A DNA stretch of 64,000 nucleotides from Clostridia bacterium (GCA_017523615.1 JAFWWK010000007.1:5582-69581), one strand, 5' to 3'. Shown: positions 46,260-55,659, numbered from the stretch's first letter. Notes: generated by a model not told the origin, from the letters alone. A program made the numbers and translations.

Positions 46260-47462
46260 TCAGGCTCCCTCCCTCACGATCGTGCCGATGTCCGCTCGGC
46301 TGAGTTTACGGGCGGAGAGCAGGGCGGCCGTGGGGCCGACAGCGCAGACCGCCGCCAGGGATGCAGCACACAAAGCCAGCATGGCAGGCAAGTCAGGCCG
46401 CAGGAATGGCAGTCCCAGGGTCTGCTCGATCAATCCCGTGAACGGCAGAAAGGTAAGCAATCCCAGGAATATCCCATTCATTCCTCCGAATAAGGATACC
46501 AGGGCCGCTTCCCTCAGCGCCAGACCGGCAAGGCCCCTGCGCGACAAACCGAGCAAACGCAAAACAGCAAACTCCCGCCTGCGTTCGCCTCCCAGCAGCA
46601 GAAAAGCCGCCGTCAGCAAAACCAGGTCCAGCAGCCAAACGCAGACGATCAAAACGGAAATGGTATGCGCTACCCCGCCCAGGGAACGCTCCACATCGGA
46701 TGTGACTGTCCGGGTCTGGATCACGGTGACTCTGGGACTGCGAGTCTGCCTGATCTCCCCCGCAAGCCGGTCTGCTTCGCCCGGGACCGCTTTCACGTAG
46801 ACGGCAGAAACGACCCCGGAAGGATCGCCGTCGATTTTCAATTCGTGGTTCATTTCCCGTGCTGCCGACAACAATTCTGCCATGGTCTCCATGGTGCAGT
46901 AAACAGCGGTATCAAGACCGGTGCCGCTCTCGTCCAGCCGGGCTGCCACCAGGCAAGGCTGCCCGTATATGCGGATGGTCTCGTTTACCCCCGCGCTCAC
47001 CCTGCTGCCCGCCACGACTTCCATTTTGCCCAGTTCCGTTTTCAGTTGTTCCCCGATCCAAGGGCGTATGGTAAAGTCCGTCGCCTGATCAAAACCGATG
47101 ACCTGAATGGGCATGGAGCAGCAATCCGCCCTCAGGCTGGCCAGGAAAACCTGTCCTGAAGCCTGCGCAACGCCCTTCATTGCACGGATCTCGTCCAGTT
47201 TCGAGGCGTTCATATAATAGTATCCGGTGGTACCCTGCAGATATATCTTCTCCGGGTCGATCTTCCCGCGGCTCGTGGCCGGGACCACGATCAGATCCGC
47301 ACCGAGGCGGTTTTCAAGGCTGTGAAGGCCGCGGTTCAGGCTGATCACGATCGCCGACCCGCCAAAAAGCGACAGTGCCAGAAAAGCGACCAGCACCGTC
47401 AGCGAGGCGGTACGTCCCGGATGGCGCAGAAGATTCCGCAGCGGCAGTTTTCGTGGAGTCAT
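46260..47462 (-). CDS. ABC transporter permease, FtsX/MacB-type
   Basis: Start set at MTPRKLPLRNLLRHPGRTASL, whose ATG overlaps the stop of the upstream DUF4418 gene (ATGA). Topology is TM1, a large extracytoplasmic domain, then 3 C-terminal TMs. Confidence 0.85.
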   Translation of the reverse strand: MTPRKLPLRNLLRHPGRTASLTVLVAFLALSLFGGSAIVISLNRGLHSLENRLGADLIVVPATSRGKIDPEKIYLQGTTGYYYMNASKLDEIRAMKGVAQASGQVFLASLRADCCSMPIQVIGFDQATDFTIRPWIGEQLKTELGKMEVVAGSRVSAGVNETIRIYGQPCLVAARLDESGTGLDTAVYCTMETMAELLSAAREMNHELKIDGDPSGVVSAVYVKAVPGEADRLAGEIRQTRSPRVTVIQTRTVTSDVERSLGGVAHTISVLIVCVWLLDLVLLTAAFLLLGGERRREFAVLRLLGLSRRGLAGLALREAALVSLFGGMNGIFLGLLTFLPFTGLIEQTLGLPFLRPDLPAMLALCAASLAAVCAVGPTAALLSARKLSRADIGTIVREGA

Positions 47463-47863
47463 GAACCGGCCTCCCGTCTTTTTGCGGTCAGGCAAAGCAC
47501 GAGCTTCCACAGGGAGACTGCCAGAGTCAGCACGCCCAAAACCAGCGCTGTCGGACCGGTCACCAGACGGCAGCGCATCGTATCCGCCCTGCAGACAGGA
47601 ACGATGACCCCGGGGATCAGGATCACAAGTATGCTCGCGGCTGCCGTCATGCATGGAAACACCCATTTAGGACGAAGGAAGGATACGCCTGCAAGCGCGG
47701 TAATGACGCCGCCCATGACCGTCAACCATGTTTTCACCGGGGCACAGACGGCTGCGCTACCATCCGCATGCACACAGGGGCAAGCGAAAGTCTGGGCCCC
47801 GACGGAAAGGACGACTCCAAGGAAAGCCATGACAGAGCCGAATGCGATATCTCTTTTTTTCAA
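47459..47863 (-). CDS. DUF4418 family Cys-rich small membrane protein
   Basis: 134 aa, 4 TM. Cys motifs FACPCVHADGSAAVCAP and PVCRADTMRCRL fit the conserved-Cys pattern I recall for DUF4418. Confidence 0.7.
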   Translation of the reverse strand: MKKRDIAFGSVMAFLGVVLSVGAQTFACPCVHADGSAAVCAPVKTWLTVMGGVITALAGVSFLRPKWVFPCMTAAASILVILIPGVIVPVCRADTMRCRLVTGPTALVLGVLTLAVSLWKLVLCLTAKRREAGS

Positions 47864-47869
47864 GTGTAT

Positions 47870-48550
47870 TCACTCCCCGAAATGCTCGTTCACGACCTCG
47901 CGGACCAGTCTGCCATGCTCCAGGACAATGGTACGCTGAGCCGCTTCAGCCACCTCCGGGTCATGGGTAACGACGATCAGGGTAGTCCCTTCCCGATGCA
48001 GCTGGCGGAACAGGTCCAGAACAATGTTTTCGTTGGTCTCGTCCAGGTTGCCTGTGGGTTCGTCCGCAAGGATCAGTTCCGGATGATTGATGAGTGCCCT
48101 GGCCACGCACACACGCTGCTGTTCGCCGCCGGACAACTGGCTGGGCAGGTGTCTCGCGCGTTCCCGAAGGCCGACCCTCTCCAGCGCTTCCAGCGCTTCC
48201 GCCTCATCTGGCATGGAGTGATAATACTGGGAAACCATGACGTTCTCCACAGCTGTCAGATAGTTTACCATATGAAACTGCTGAAAGATCAGACCGATCT
48301 TATCCCGGCGGATGTCGGTCAAACGCCTGGAGGATTCCTTGGCGATGTCAATACCGTCAAGAAACACCTGGCCCTTGGTGGGCTTGTCCATACAGCCGAT
48401 GATGTTCATCATTGTGGATTTGCCGGAACCCGAAGGCCCCATGATGGCCACCCATTCCCCCTGATCCACCCTGATGCTCACGTTGTCCAGGGCTTTCAGC
48501 TCGCCATATATTTTGGAGACATTGCGGATATCAAGCAGACTCATGGTCAT
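47870..48550 (-). CDS. ABC transporter ATP-binding protein (MacB/LolD-type)
   Basis: Walker A GPSGSGKSTMMN, signature LSGGEQQRV, Walker B ILADEPTGNLD. Confidence 0.95.
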   Translation of the reverse strand: MTMSLLDIRNVSKIYGELKALDNVSIRVDQGEWVAIMGPSGSGKSTMMNIIGCMDKPTKGQVFLDGIDIAKESSRRLTDIRRDKIGLIFQQFHMVNYLTAVENVMVSQYYHSMPDEAEALEALERVGLRERARHLPSQLSGGEQQRVCVARALINHPELILADEPTGNLDETNENIVLDLFRQLHREGTTLIVVTHDPEVAEAAQRTIVLEHGRLVREVVNEHFGE

Positions 48551-50037
48551 TCTCCTTTCAGAACCAGCGCGGGGTCGATGGCCACAGCGCGCCTGACGGG
48601 CAGCAGACAGCTGAGAGCGGCTACAGCCATTGACACAAGCACCGTGATCGGCAGCAGCCAGAAATTGAACCGGATATCGGATCCGAAAACGTTCACACTG
48701 ACGACCTGCGCAAAGACAAATCCCAGTGCCGCGCCGAGCAGGCCGCCCAGCGCTCCGAGGAACAGTCCTTCCCCAAGGAATTCCCCGCGGATGGCGCCGT
48801 CCGACGCACCCAGAGCCTTTCTCAGACCGATCTCCCGGCGCCTCTCGGTAACCACCGCCATCATGGTGGTCGATACGCTCACCATGGTCAGCACCAGGAC
48901 CACGAGTGTCACCAGAAAAACAAGCGCCTGCAGCTTGCCCAGCACCGAAGTCTCAGATTTGGTCACGCGCTTCACCAGACGAGCGGTGGCATGGCCCGAT
49001 TCCGTTATCTCTTCCGCATAGCGCTCCAGGCTGTCCTGAGTCGCTGAAACGGAGAGTTCCACCAGGTCCAGCTGATCATATGTGCCTGTGATCACGCCCA
49101 TATCGGCCAGGGACATATAAATATATCCTTCTTCCTCCCCGCCGGTCTCGAGGATGCCGACCACAGTGTAATTGATCGTGTGGGGAATATGGGCCGCGCT
49201 TTCTTCCGTCAAAGGCCTTGCGTCTCTGATCGCCTGGACGACCGCCGCCGAGGTCACAGTAGCGCCGGAAACAGCGTCCACATCCCTGCCCAAAGTCAGA
49301 TCCTTTGGATCCTTGCCTATAAAAAGGCCCGTGAACTCTTCTTCGCTGCATTTGGTGCCGACGCCCGCCGTTTCACTGGAGGTATCCACAATGAGGGAAG
49401 CGATGGTGCCGTCCTCGCCAACGGTAAAGGTCACGTACACCGGATTGTCGTTGAATCCTTCACGGCTGCCATATCCCTGCGCGCGGCCGGAAAGCGTCAT
49501 CCCCGGAAGAATGTCAAAATCCGCACTTCCCCGTTCCTCCTCCGGCTCATTCGGCGGGAACCATGTAAGCTCCATGACCCCGTTCAGCCTCGCGCCGACG
49601 GTATCCGCCACACCCTTGCCGACCAAAACTTCCCTGGGACCTTCGGGATAACGGCCGTTCACCTTAAAATATGGGCTTGTGCGCTTTACCTGTTCAAAGT
49701 CTGTACCCGCAGCGGCGAAAGACTGCTGGCGGCGCACCATGTTCAGGTATTCATACCTGTAAGGGGCGGCCCCCACCCGTTCTTCCTCAGGGATCAGTGA
49801 CATAGCAGCGTCCGCTTCTCCCTGTGTCAGGGCGGATCCGTAAGGGACCAACAGCATATTCGCGCCGTAGGACCGGAACTGCGCCGCCATCTGCCTGGGC
49901 ACATCCACATAAACCGTAACAAGACCCGCCAGGATCGTTGCGCCTATGCCGATGGAGAGTAGAGCGATCAGCATCCTTGACCTTCGGCGCAGGAGGGAGG
50001 CGGTGATCATCCGGAAAAACATTCTTCGTTTGCTCAT
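48547..50037 (-). CDS. FtsX/MacB-type ABC permease with an FMN_bind domain inserted in the extracytoplasmic loop
   Basis: 496 aa: TM1, a ~330-aa loop, then 3 TMs. Loop residues ~178-272 read GRAQGYGSREGFNDNPVYVTFTVGEDGTIASLIVDTSSETAGVGTK...GRDVDAVSGATVTSAAVVQAIRDA, the FMN_bind signature including the flavinylation motif SGAT. Confidence 0.85.
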   Translation of the reverse strand: MSKRRMFFRMITASLLRRRSRMLIALLSIGIGATILAGLVTVYVDVPRQMAAQFRSYGANMLLVPYGSALTQGEADAAMSLIPEEERVGAAPYRYEYLNMVRRQQSFAAAGTDFEQVKRTSPYFKVNGRYPEGPREVLVGKGVADTVGARLNGVMELTWFPPNEPEEERGSADFDILPGMTLSGRAQGYGSREGFNDNPVYVTFTVGEDGTIASLIVDTSSETAGVGTKCSEEEFTGLFIGKDPKDLTLGRDVDAVSGATVTSAAVVQAIRDARPLTEESAAHIPHTINYTVVGILETGGEEEGYIYMSLADMGVITGTYDQLDLVELSVSATQDSLERYAEEITESGHATARLVKRVTKSETSVLGKLQALVFLVTLVVLVLTMVSVSTTMMAVVTERRREIGLRKALGASDGAIRGEFLGEGLFLGALGGLLGAALGFVFAQVVSVNVFGSDIRFNFWLLPITVLVSMAVAALSCLLPVRRAVAIDPALVLKGE

Positions 50038-50054
50038 TGTTCAAGCCTCCTTCC

Positions 50055-51353
50055 TCAAGCTTTGCTGCCATGCAGTACTTCGGCCGGATCCAGCCGCAGG
50101 ATCATGCGGATAGCCGGCAGGGAACCCGCAATAGTCACAAGGGAGATCAGCACCACCACCACCGGAATGACCACCGCCTTGATGTCAATGGACGAACCGA
50201 AGACCTGCCTGCCGATGAACCGTGCCATTCCGAGGCCCGCAAAATAACCGACTGCCGTGCCCACCATGGCAGTCAGCAGGATCTCCGCCATGACGACGCA
50301 TGTAATGGCTTTGTCATGGGCTCCGACCGCTTTCAGAAGACCGATCTCCCGGGACCGTTCCATGACCGAGGCGGTCACAAGGTTTGAAATGCCCAGCGCG
50401 GCGCCTACAAGGCTCAGCGCGGTAATAAGGATCATCAGGAGCTGCGTTTTGTTCAGGATCTCGCCCTCGCTCTCCGCCACCTGCCGGACCGCGGAAGCCG
50501 CGGAATCCGTAATGACCTCGGTGATCTGATAGCAGACCGCGCTGACATAAGCCGTGCAGTACCATGTATCGTAATCGGCCCGGGAGAGCGCCTTGGGGTT
50601 CTGGGCGGCACGCCTTGCCAGATCGTTGTCGGGTGTCGTAATGGCGCTGACCTCAACAGACGCTACCTTACCTTCCAGCCCCGCCAGCATTTGTGCCAGG
50701 TCCAGCGGCGCCCAGATTTGTCCGTCGGCGCTGTCGCCGGAATCGAAAACGCCCCGCACCGTGACAACGGCTTCTGAAGCCGTCCCAGTCAGCGTAACGG
50801 TATCTCCTTTTTTGACGGCCAGCCTTTCGGCAAGCGCGGCACCCACCATGATCTCCCTGTCCGCCCCAGGAGCCTGTTCATCGATCCAGTCCTCATCCGG
50901 AACATCCCACCAGGAGCGCAGGCTCCGGACGCCGGCATCCAGTTCCTCGCCCGTGGGCAGGGACAGATGGTGATTGAACCATGTCCCCGTTACGGAGACA
51001 GTTTCTTCCCCGATCCTGGCGCTGACGCTGATGAAGGGGGCGAAATCACGGATATTGAAAGCCCAGAATATGGTTTTCAGGTTGCCGAGCTCATCTTCTT
51101 TCAGCCATGCCTGCTGCAGTTCCGATCCTTCATCCTCTACATCGTAGATCTCCGACAAAAGGGAGGAAGCCTTGGGTTTTACGACGATATTAGCGCCATA
51201 GGCTTTCAATTCCTCATTGACCTTGTCTCCGACGTCCAGCATAACGTTGATCATGGAGGTGGCCAGAGAGGCCCCCAGCGCGATCGTCAGCGCAATAAGC
51301 AGCATCTTGCTCCACTGCCTCACCAACGCGCCTTTGATCATCCGAAACAGCAT
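50055..51353 (-). CDS. FtsX/MacB-type ABC permease
   Basis: 432 aa. N-terminal MIKGALVRQWSKMLLIALTIALGASLATSM, a large loop and 3 C-terminal TMs. RBS GGGAGGGG. Confidence 0.85.
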   Translation of the reverse strand: MLFRMIKGALVRQWSKMLLIALTIALGASLATSMINVMLDVGDKVNEELKAYGANIVVKPKASSLLSEIYDVEDEGSELQQAWLKEDELGNLKTIFWAFNIRDFAPFISVSARIGEETVSVTGTWFNHHLSLPTGEELDAGVRSLRSWWDVPDEDWIDEQAPGADREIMVGAALAERLAVKKGDTVTLTGTASEAVVTVRGVFDSGDSADGQIWAPLDLAQMLAGLEGKVASVEVSAITTPDNDLARRAAQNPKALSRADYDTWYCTAYVSAVCYQITEVITDSAASAVRQVAESEGEILNKTQLLMILITALSLVGAALGISNLVTASVMERSREIGLLKAVGAHDKAITCVVMAEILLTAMVGTAVGYFAGLGMARFIGRQVFGSSIDIKAVVIPVVVVLISLVTIAGSLPAIRMILRLDPAEVLHGSKA

Positions 51354-51369
51354 GCCGCGTCCCCTCCCT

Positions 51370-52875
51370 TTACTTGAATTCTTTTTCGCCGGCGATCAGA
51401 TCGTCCATGGCAAAGACGATGTTTCCGCCTTCTACCCGGAAAGCCAGGGGGATCGGATTGCAGCCGCCCGCAAGTCCGATGGTGTTGGTGTTCATCACCA
51501 CGTCGCAGCGCTTGCAGACCACAGTGTCCCCCCTCTGGAAATAGCCGGCGCTGCCGCAGACGTCACACGCATCCAGCCCGACCCCATATGCGGCGGAATT
51601 CGGTTTTCGGATCACGATCCAGCGAACGCGCGGTGCCTTGTTCGGCGAACCGGACCGGTTCATCTCAAACGCGTGGAGGTTGAAATCATCCACCTGACTC
51701 AGCGGAATGCGCACCTCGATCCGCGATGTATCGTAATTTTTCACATCGACGGCTTCGATCTCACGCTCCTTGCCGTCCTCCCCGATCAGGACAATCGCGT
51801 AGGTCTCCCCCTCGGGAACGGGCGGCGGACGGTTGCAGATCTCATAAACCACTGTCAGGCTGACCATAACGGCGGCCAAAGAAACCAGCACGACGGCGGC
51901 CCATCTGCGGCTGTGCCGGTTGTCGGAGCAAAGACGCCGCTTCTCGGCCGCATTGCGCCAGATGCCGCGCAGCCTCAGGCTTCTCAGGAAGAGCACAGCA
52001 GGCGGGATCATGGCCATCAGTGCAAAAATCAGCAGGATAAAGACTCCGTTTTCAAGATACCCGCCCCTCGTGTGATCGCTTGCCATATACCATTTCCACC
52101 CGGGAAACAGCGGTCCGCCGGCGCTTGCGTTGTTGCGCACCGTGAATTTGAGGAAGGTTTCCGCGTTCAAATGCGGCAGCAGCGTCGGGACCCATTCCGG
52201 CCGTGTTTTTACAGTCCATTGCTGCAGGACCATGCCGTAAAAAACAAAGAAAAGCGCAAACGTCATCAGCGCCGCAGTCAAACGCAGCACCCATCGTCCG
52301 TCACTGACAGGCCGCCCATCCCGATCATTCCACAGCGCAGTGATCTCGCTCAGACGCATACAGCATTTATACAGGAAACGGACATAGACCGCCAGCAGGA
52401 TAAGGCCCGTCAGCCAGCCAGCCAAACGGAGCAGGAATACATCGGAAAGGATCCCGTTATCACCCATTTCAAAATCGCGGGGCGCCCAGATCACCGCCCA
52501 GGCTTTATAAGCGATCAGATCGGCGGAAAGCAGGGCGGAAAGCGCGTTTACGGCCGTTTTGCCTGTCTGCGATCCCTTCTCCTGGGAAAAAACGGAAGCA
52601 GTGATATTCAGGGGCACCAGGATGCCCATGGCGGCATACCACAGGTACAGGTTGATCTGCGTATCCGGAACGGCTTTCTTATCCGGGAAGAAAAATGCCG
52701 GAAACTCATGTGTGACAGCCCGGAGAACGGCCAAGACCAGACCCAGACCGATCCCAGCCAGCATCATGTTTTTTCCCGCTTTGCCCAGGTTCGTTTTTGC
52801 GAGCGCAAACAGCACTGTGATGACTGTCACGACAATGAAAAGGGTTTCCGGGACCTTATACATATGGAGCAGCAC
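51370..52875 (-). CDS. DUF2318 domain-containing polytopic membrane protein (Cj1660-like)
   Basis: The C-terminal soluble domain GLDACDVCGSAGYFQRGDTVVCKRCDVVMNTNTIGLAGGCNPIPL matches the DUF2318 Cys signature. The start is uncertain: GTG at 52875 (GGAGG 8 nt upstream), ATG at 52863, or the track start at 52923. Confidence 0.8.
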   Translation of the reverse strand: MLLHMYKVPETLFIVVTVITVLFALAKTNLGKAGKNMMLAGIGLGLVLAVLRAVTHEFPAFFFPDKKAVPDTQINLYLWYAAMGILVPLNITASVFSQEKGSQTGKTAVNALSALLSADLIAYKAWAVIWAPRDFEMGDNGILSDVFLLRLAGWLTGLILLAVYVRFLYKCCMRLSEITALWNDRDGRPVSDGRWVLRLTAALMTFALFFVFYGMVLQQWTVKTRPEWVPTLLPHLNAETFLKFTVRNNASAGGPLFPGWKWYMASDHTRGGYLENGVFILLIFALMAMIPPAVLFLRSLRLRGIWRNAAEKRRLCSDNRHSRRWAAVVLVSLAAVMVSLTVVYEICNRPPPVPEGETYAIVLIGEDGKEREIEAVDVKNYDTSRIEVRIPLSQVDDFNLHAFEMNRSGSPNKAPRVRWIVIRKPNSAAYGVGLDACDVCGSAGYFQRGDTVVCKRCDVVMNTNTIGLAGGCNPIPLAFRVEGGNIVFAMDDLIAGEKEFK

Positions 52876-52994
52876 GTCAGAGACCTCCGATGAGCAATGA
52901 ATTAAACAGTTGGGAAAGCGCACAACGGCCGGCGCGAGTCTCCCCCGCGGAGAATCGCGCCGGTTCAGGATGAGCCTGTGGCAGTCCGGTCAGA

Positions 52995-53552
52995 TCACCA
53001 TTCCTGCACGAAGTATTCCCATCCCTCAAACGTCACTTCGATGGGTTCGGACCAAAAGCGGCCTTCTACGCCGGTCTCGGGGTCGACATGCAAAAGATAA
53101 CCGTTTTCGGCAGGACTGTGGATGGTAAGCACCAAGCTGTATACGCCGTCCACATCCAGCTTGATATTGGCGCCGTAATGAGGCCCGTCGGAAGCCGCCA
53201 TGGGCATGAAGGTGCCTTCGGAGTACACCTTGCCTTCAGCGTCAACCACCTTGTAATCGATGGTCAGATAGGGGATCCAGTCACCCACGCCATACCCCAG
53301 GCTGTTTTCATTGGCGGAGATATCGGCTTCGATATGGATGTTGGCTTCCTCAACGCTCAGGCCGGCCTCGGCGGCAGGCTCCATCACCACGGGCTGGAAA
53401 TAAACAGCAGCAATATGGATGATCGAATCGGGACCCACATCCTGCTCGTCACCGATCGGGAATTCTTCAAAACCGGCTTCTTCCTCCGCCAGGGCGGAAA
53501 CGGCAAACAGCATCATGGCGGCAAGCAGCAGGGCAAACAGTTTCTTCATCAT
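52995..53552 (-). CDS. P19/Tp34-type periplasmic iron-binding protein (Iron_transport family)
   Basis: Start at MMKKLFALLLAAMMLFAVSALA (AGGAGG 6 nt upstream). Motifs IHIEADISANE, GDWIPYLTIDY, MPMAASDGPHYGANI and HVDPETGV. Confidence 0.9.
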   Translation of the reverse strand: MMKKLFALLLAAMMLFAVSALAEEEAGFEEFPIGDEQDVGPDSIIHIAAVYFQPVVMEPAAEAGLSVEEANIHIEADISANENSLGYGVGDWIPYLTIDYKVVDAEGKVYSEGTFMPMAASDGPHYGANIKLDVDGVYSLVLTIHSPAENGYLLHVDPETGVEGRFWSEPIEVTFEGWEYFVQEW

Positions 53553-53655
53553 GGATATCCTCCTTTTCTTCCTTGGAAAGTACCGAAAACCATTTTTCAG
53601 TATATGCCTACGAACGGATCCGCAGCGGGGTCGCGGACCGCCCGAAAGACGCTGA

Positions 53656-55521
53656 TCATTCCGCGGGGACCGCTTTAGGCGCATTGCCTCCATTTGCACC
53701 GGCCGTATGGACTCTTTCAGCCTCCGCCAGTTTTTCCTCGTACATTCGACGCTGGGCTGTGAGCTTTCCGCGGTAATGCGCACAAAGGAAGGTGACGATC
53801 AGAATGACGGCAAGGATCAGCTGAGGCAGGAGCGTCTCCAGATAGGGATAAATACCCAGCACCTGCACCACGTCGTTCTCAGGGATCCCCTCCACTCGGC
53901 GAACCACCTCAAACGCGCCGCCTTCCGAAAGCTCCTTGATCCCGGAGCCGAGAAACGCCACGCACATCACGGCCATCAGGATGGATGTAGCAGTGAAAAA
54001 CACCTTGATCGGCAGCCTGACCGACAGCTTCGTGATGGCCAGGTAGACAAAAACCAGCAGCACGCATCCGGTGAGGAAACCCCAGATGACCATGCTGACA
54101 TGGGAGGCGTCATCGCCGAACAGCATGGGCTGATAGAACAGCACCACCTCGGCCCCTTCCCGAAATACGGCCAGGAAGGCGGTAAATGCCAGGGTGAACG
54201 CCGATCTCTTCTCCACTCCCGCCTGGACTTTCCTGTCAATGTATCCTGTCCACGCAGCGGCTTCGGATTTTGAGATCATCCAGTTTGAAACATAGAACAG
54301 CACGCATACCGCTATGAGCGCCGTAATGCCCTCGATCAGCTCCTGAGCCATACCACCGGCCACCGCGGCCTTTTTGATGAAATAGAGCGCAGCGGCGGCG
54401 GCAAAACTTGCCGCGATGCCTGCCAGCGCGCCGGCATAAACATGCTTCAGGCTTCCGCGGCGGCCGCTTTTGACCAGGTAGGCGATGATGGCCCCGATAA
54501 CGAGGATCGCCTCCAGGCCTTCACGCACGATGATCCCGAAAGCTCCCCAGAAATTGGCCCACCGGGCCGCGTCCGCCGCGCCGGGCGTGGGACCGGCGGG
54601 CGTCACTTCTTCCGTGGATCCGGAAACAGCCGGCGTCTCCGCTTCGTCTATGCGGACGGCCGCTGTGCGGATCACCTTTTTCAGAAAGTTGCGCGCGGTC
54701 TTCCATGGATTAGATTTATATTTGCCGCTTTCCAGTGCTTCCTCGGGGACTGCCCTCAGGGAAGCGAAGGCTCCCTCCGCGGTCAGCCTTTCATCCGAGC
54801 CAAGCGCGGTATATATTTTCCGGCTGAATCCGGATTCCTCATAGACCGCGAAATACGCGGTGTTGATGTTGTCCAGGGCGGTTTCATAGTCGCGGCCGCC
54901 ATAAGCTTCCTCCGCCGTATCGATCAGGGCAAAGATCATCTCAGCCGCCTCTGTCCAGGACCTGTACTGTGCGCCGGAGCCATTCCCCGCCAGGGCAGCC
55001 CAGGGATCAGATGCTGCCCGCACGCCGTCTTTCCAGAAAGAGACCGTCGTCTGGGGCTGCGGGGGCTCCATTCTGGCAGCAAGCTTGTTGGCGTCCTCTC
55101 TGATCATGCTCTTGAGCTTGTTCAGTTCCGACCGCACGGCTATCTGAGTCTCTTCGCTGAGATCGGTATTTTTCACAGCCCGCTTGCAGGTCGTGAACTG
55201 CAGTTCCACAGCGTTTTTCCTGGGTCCTGAAACATAGGTCATGGTCTGCCGTTCGAAACCCGTGGTCTCATAAACGCAGAAATAGGCGTTGTTGACACAG
55301 TCATAACCATTCGCCGTATCCCCTGCCAGGTAGTACTCAAAAGCTTGGTCCAGAAATTCATCAATGCGGTCAGCGGCGGAACCCCATCGGTTCCCGGCCA
55401 TGTCATAGCGTTCGTCATCCACGAAGTTATATCGGCCCGCCGCCGGCGCTTCAATGGGCATGGCTGCCATCAGCACCGTTAGGACTGCCGTCAGCACGAT
55501 GGCGAACCTTTTTATCTTCAT
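53656..55521 (-). CDS. FTR1-family high-affinity iron permease with ~300-aa N-terminal extracytoplasmic domain (FetM-like)
   Basis: 621 aa with a signal peptide. Two REXXE motifs (VREGLEAIL, FREGAEVVL) sit in a 7-TM C-terminal half. Confidence 0.9.
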   Translation of the reverse strand: MKIKRFAIVLTAVLTVLMAAMPIEAPAAGRYNFVDDERYDMAGNRWGSAADRIDEFLDQAFEYYLAGDTANGYDCVNNAYFCVYETTGFERQTMTYVSGPRKNAVELQFTTCKRAVKNTDLSEETQIAVRSELNKLKSMIREDANKLAARMEPPQPQTTVSFWKDGVRAASDPWAALAGNGSGAQYRSWTEAAEMIFALIDTAEEAYGGRDYETALDNINTAYFAVYEESGFSRKIYTALGSDERLTAEGAFASLRAVPEEALESGKYKSNPWKTARNFLKKVIRTAAVRIDEAETPAVSGSTEEVTPAGPTPGAADAARWANFWGAFGIIVREGLEAILVIGAIIAYLVKSGRRGSLKHVYAGALAGIAASFAAAAALYFIKKAAVAGGMAQELIEGITALIAVCVLFYVSNWMISKSEAAAWTGYIDRKVQAGVEKRSAFTLAFTAFLAVFREGAEVVLFYQPMLFGDDASHVSMVIWGFLTGCVLLVFVYLAITKLSVRLPIKVFFTATSILMAVMCVAFLGSGIKELSEGGAFEVVRRVEGIPENDVVQVLGIYPYLETLLPQLILAVILIVTFLCAHYRGKLTAQRRMYEEKLAEAERVHTAGANGGNAPKAVPAE

Positions 55522-55575
55522 ATCCCTGTCTTCCTTTCTTCATGTCCGTCGGATCGGTAAGCAGGCGGAAATGAT

Positions 55576-55591
55576 GTTAGTAATAACTAAC
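55576..55591. promoter_or_regulatory. palindromic operator candidate GTTAG-N6-CTAAC (site 1)
   Basis: GTTAGTAATAACTAAC. Lies between a candidate extended -10 (minus strand TGtTATGAT, 55600-55608) and the FTR1 start codon. Confidence 0.45.
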
Positions 55592-55643
55592 CACGCGGTA
55601 TCATAACACATCGTGATCCTATCCGCTATCCTGATATTGACTA

Positions 55644-55659
55644 GTTTGATATATCTAAT
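55644..55659. promoter_or_regulatory. degenerate copy of the same motif (site 2)
   Basis: GTTTGATATATCTAAT. Confidence 0.3.
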
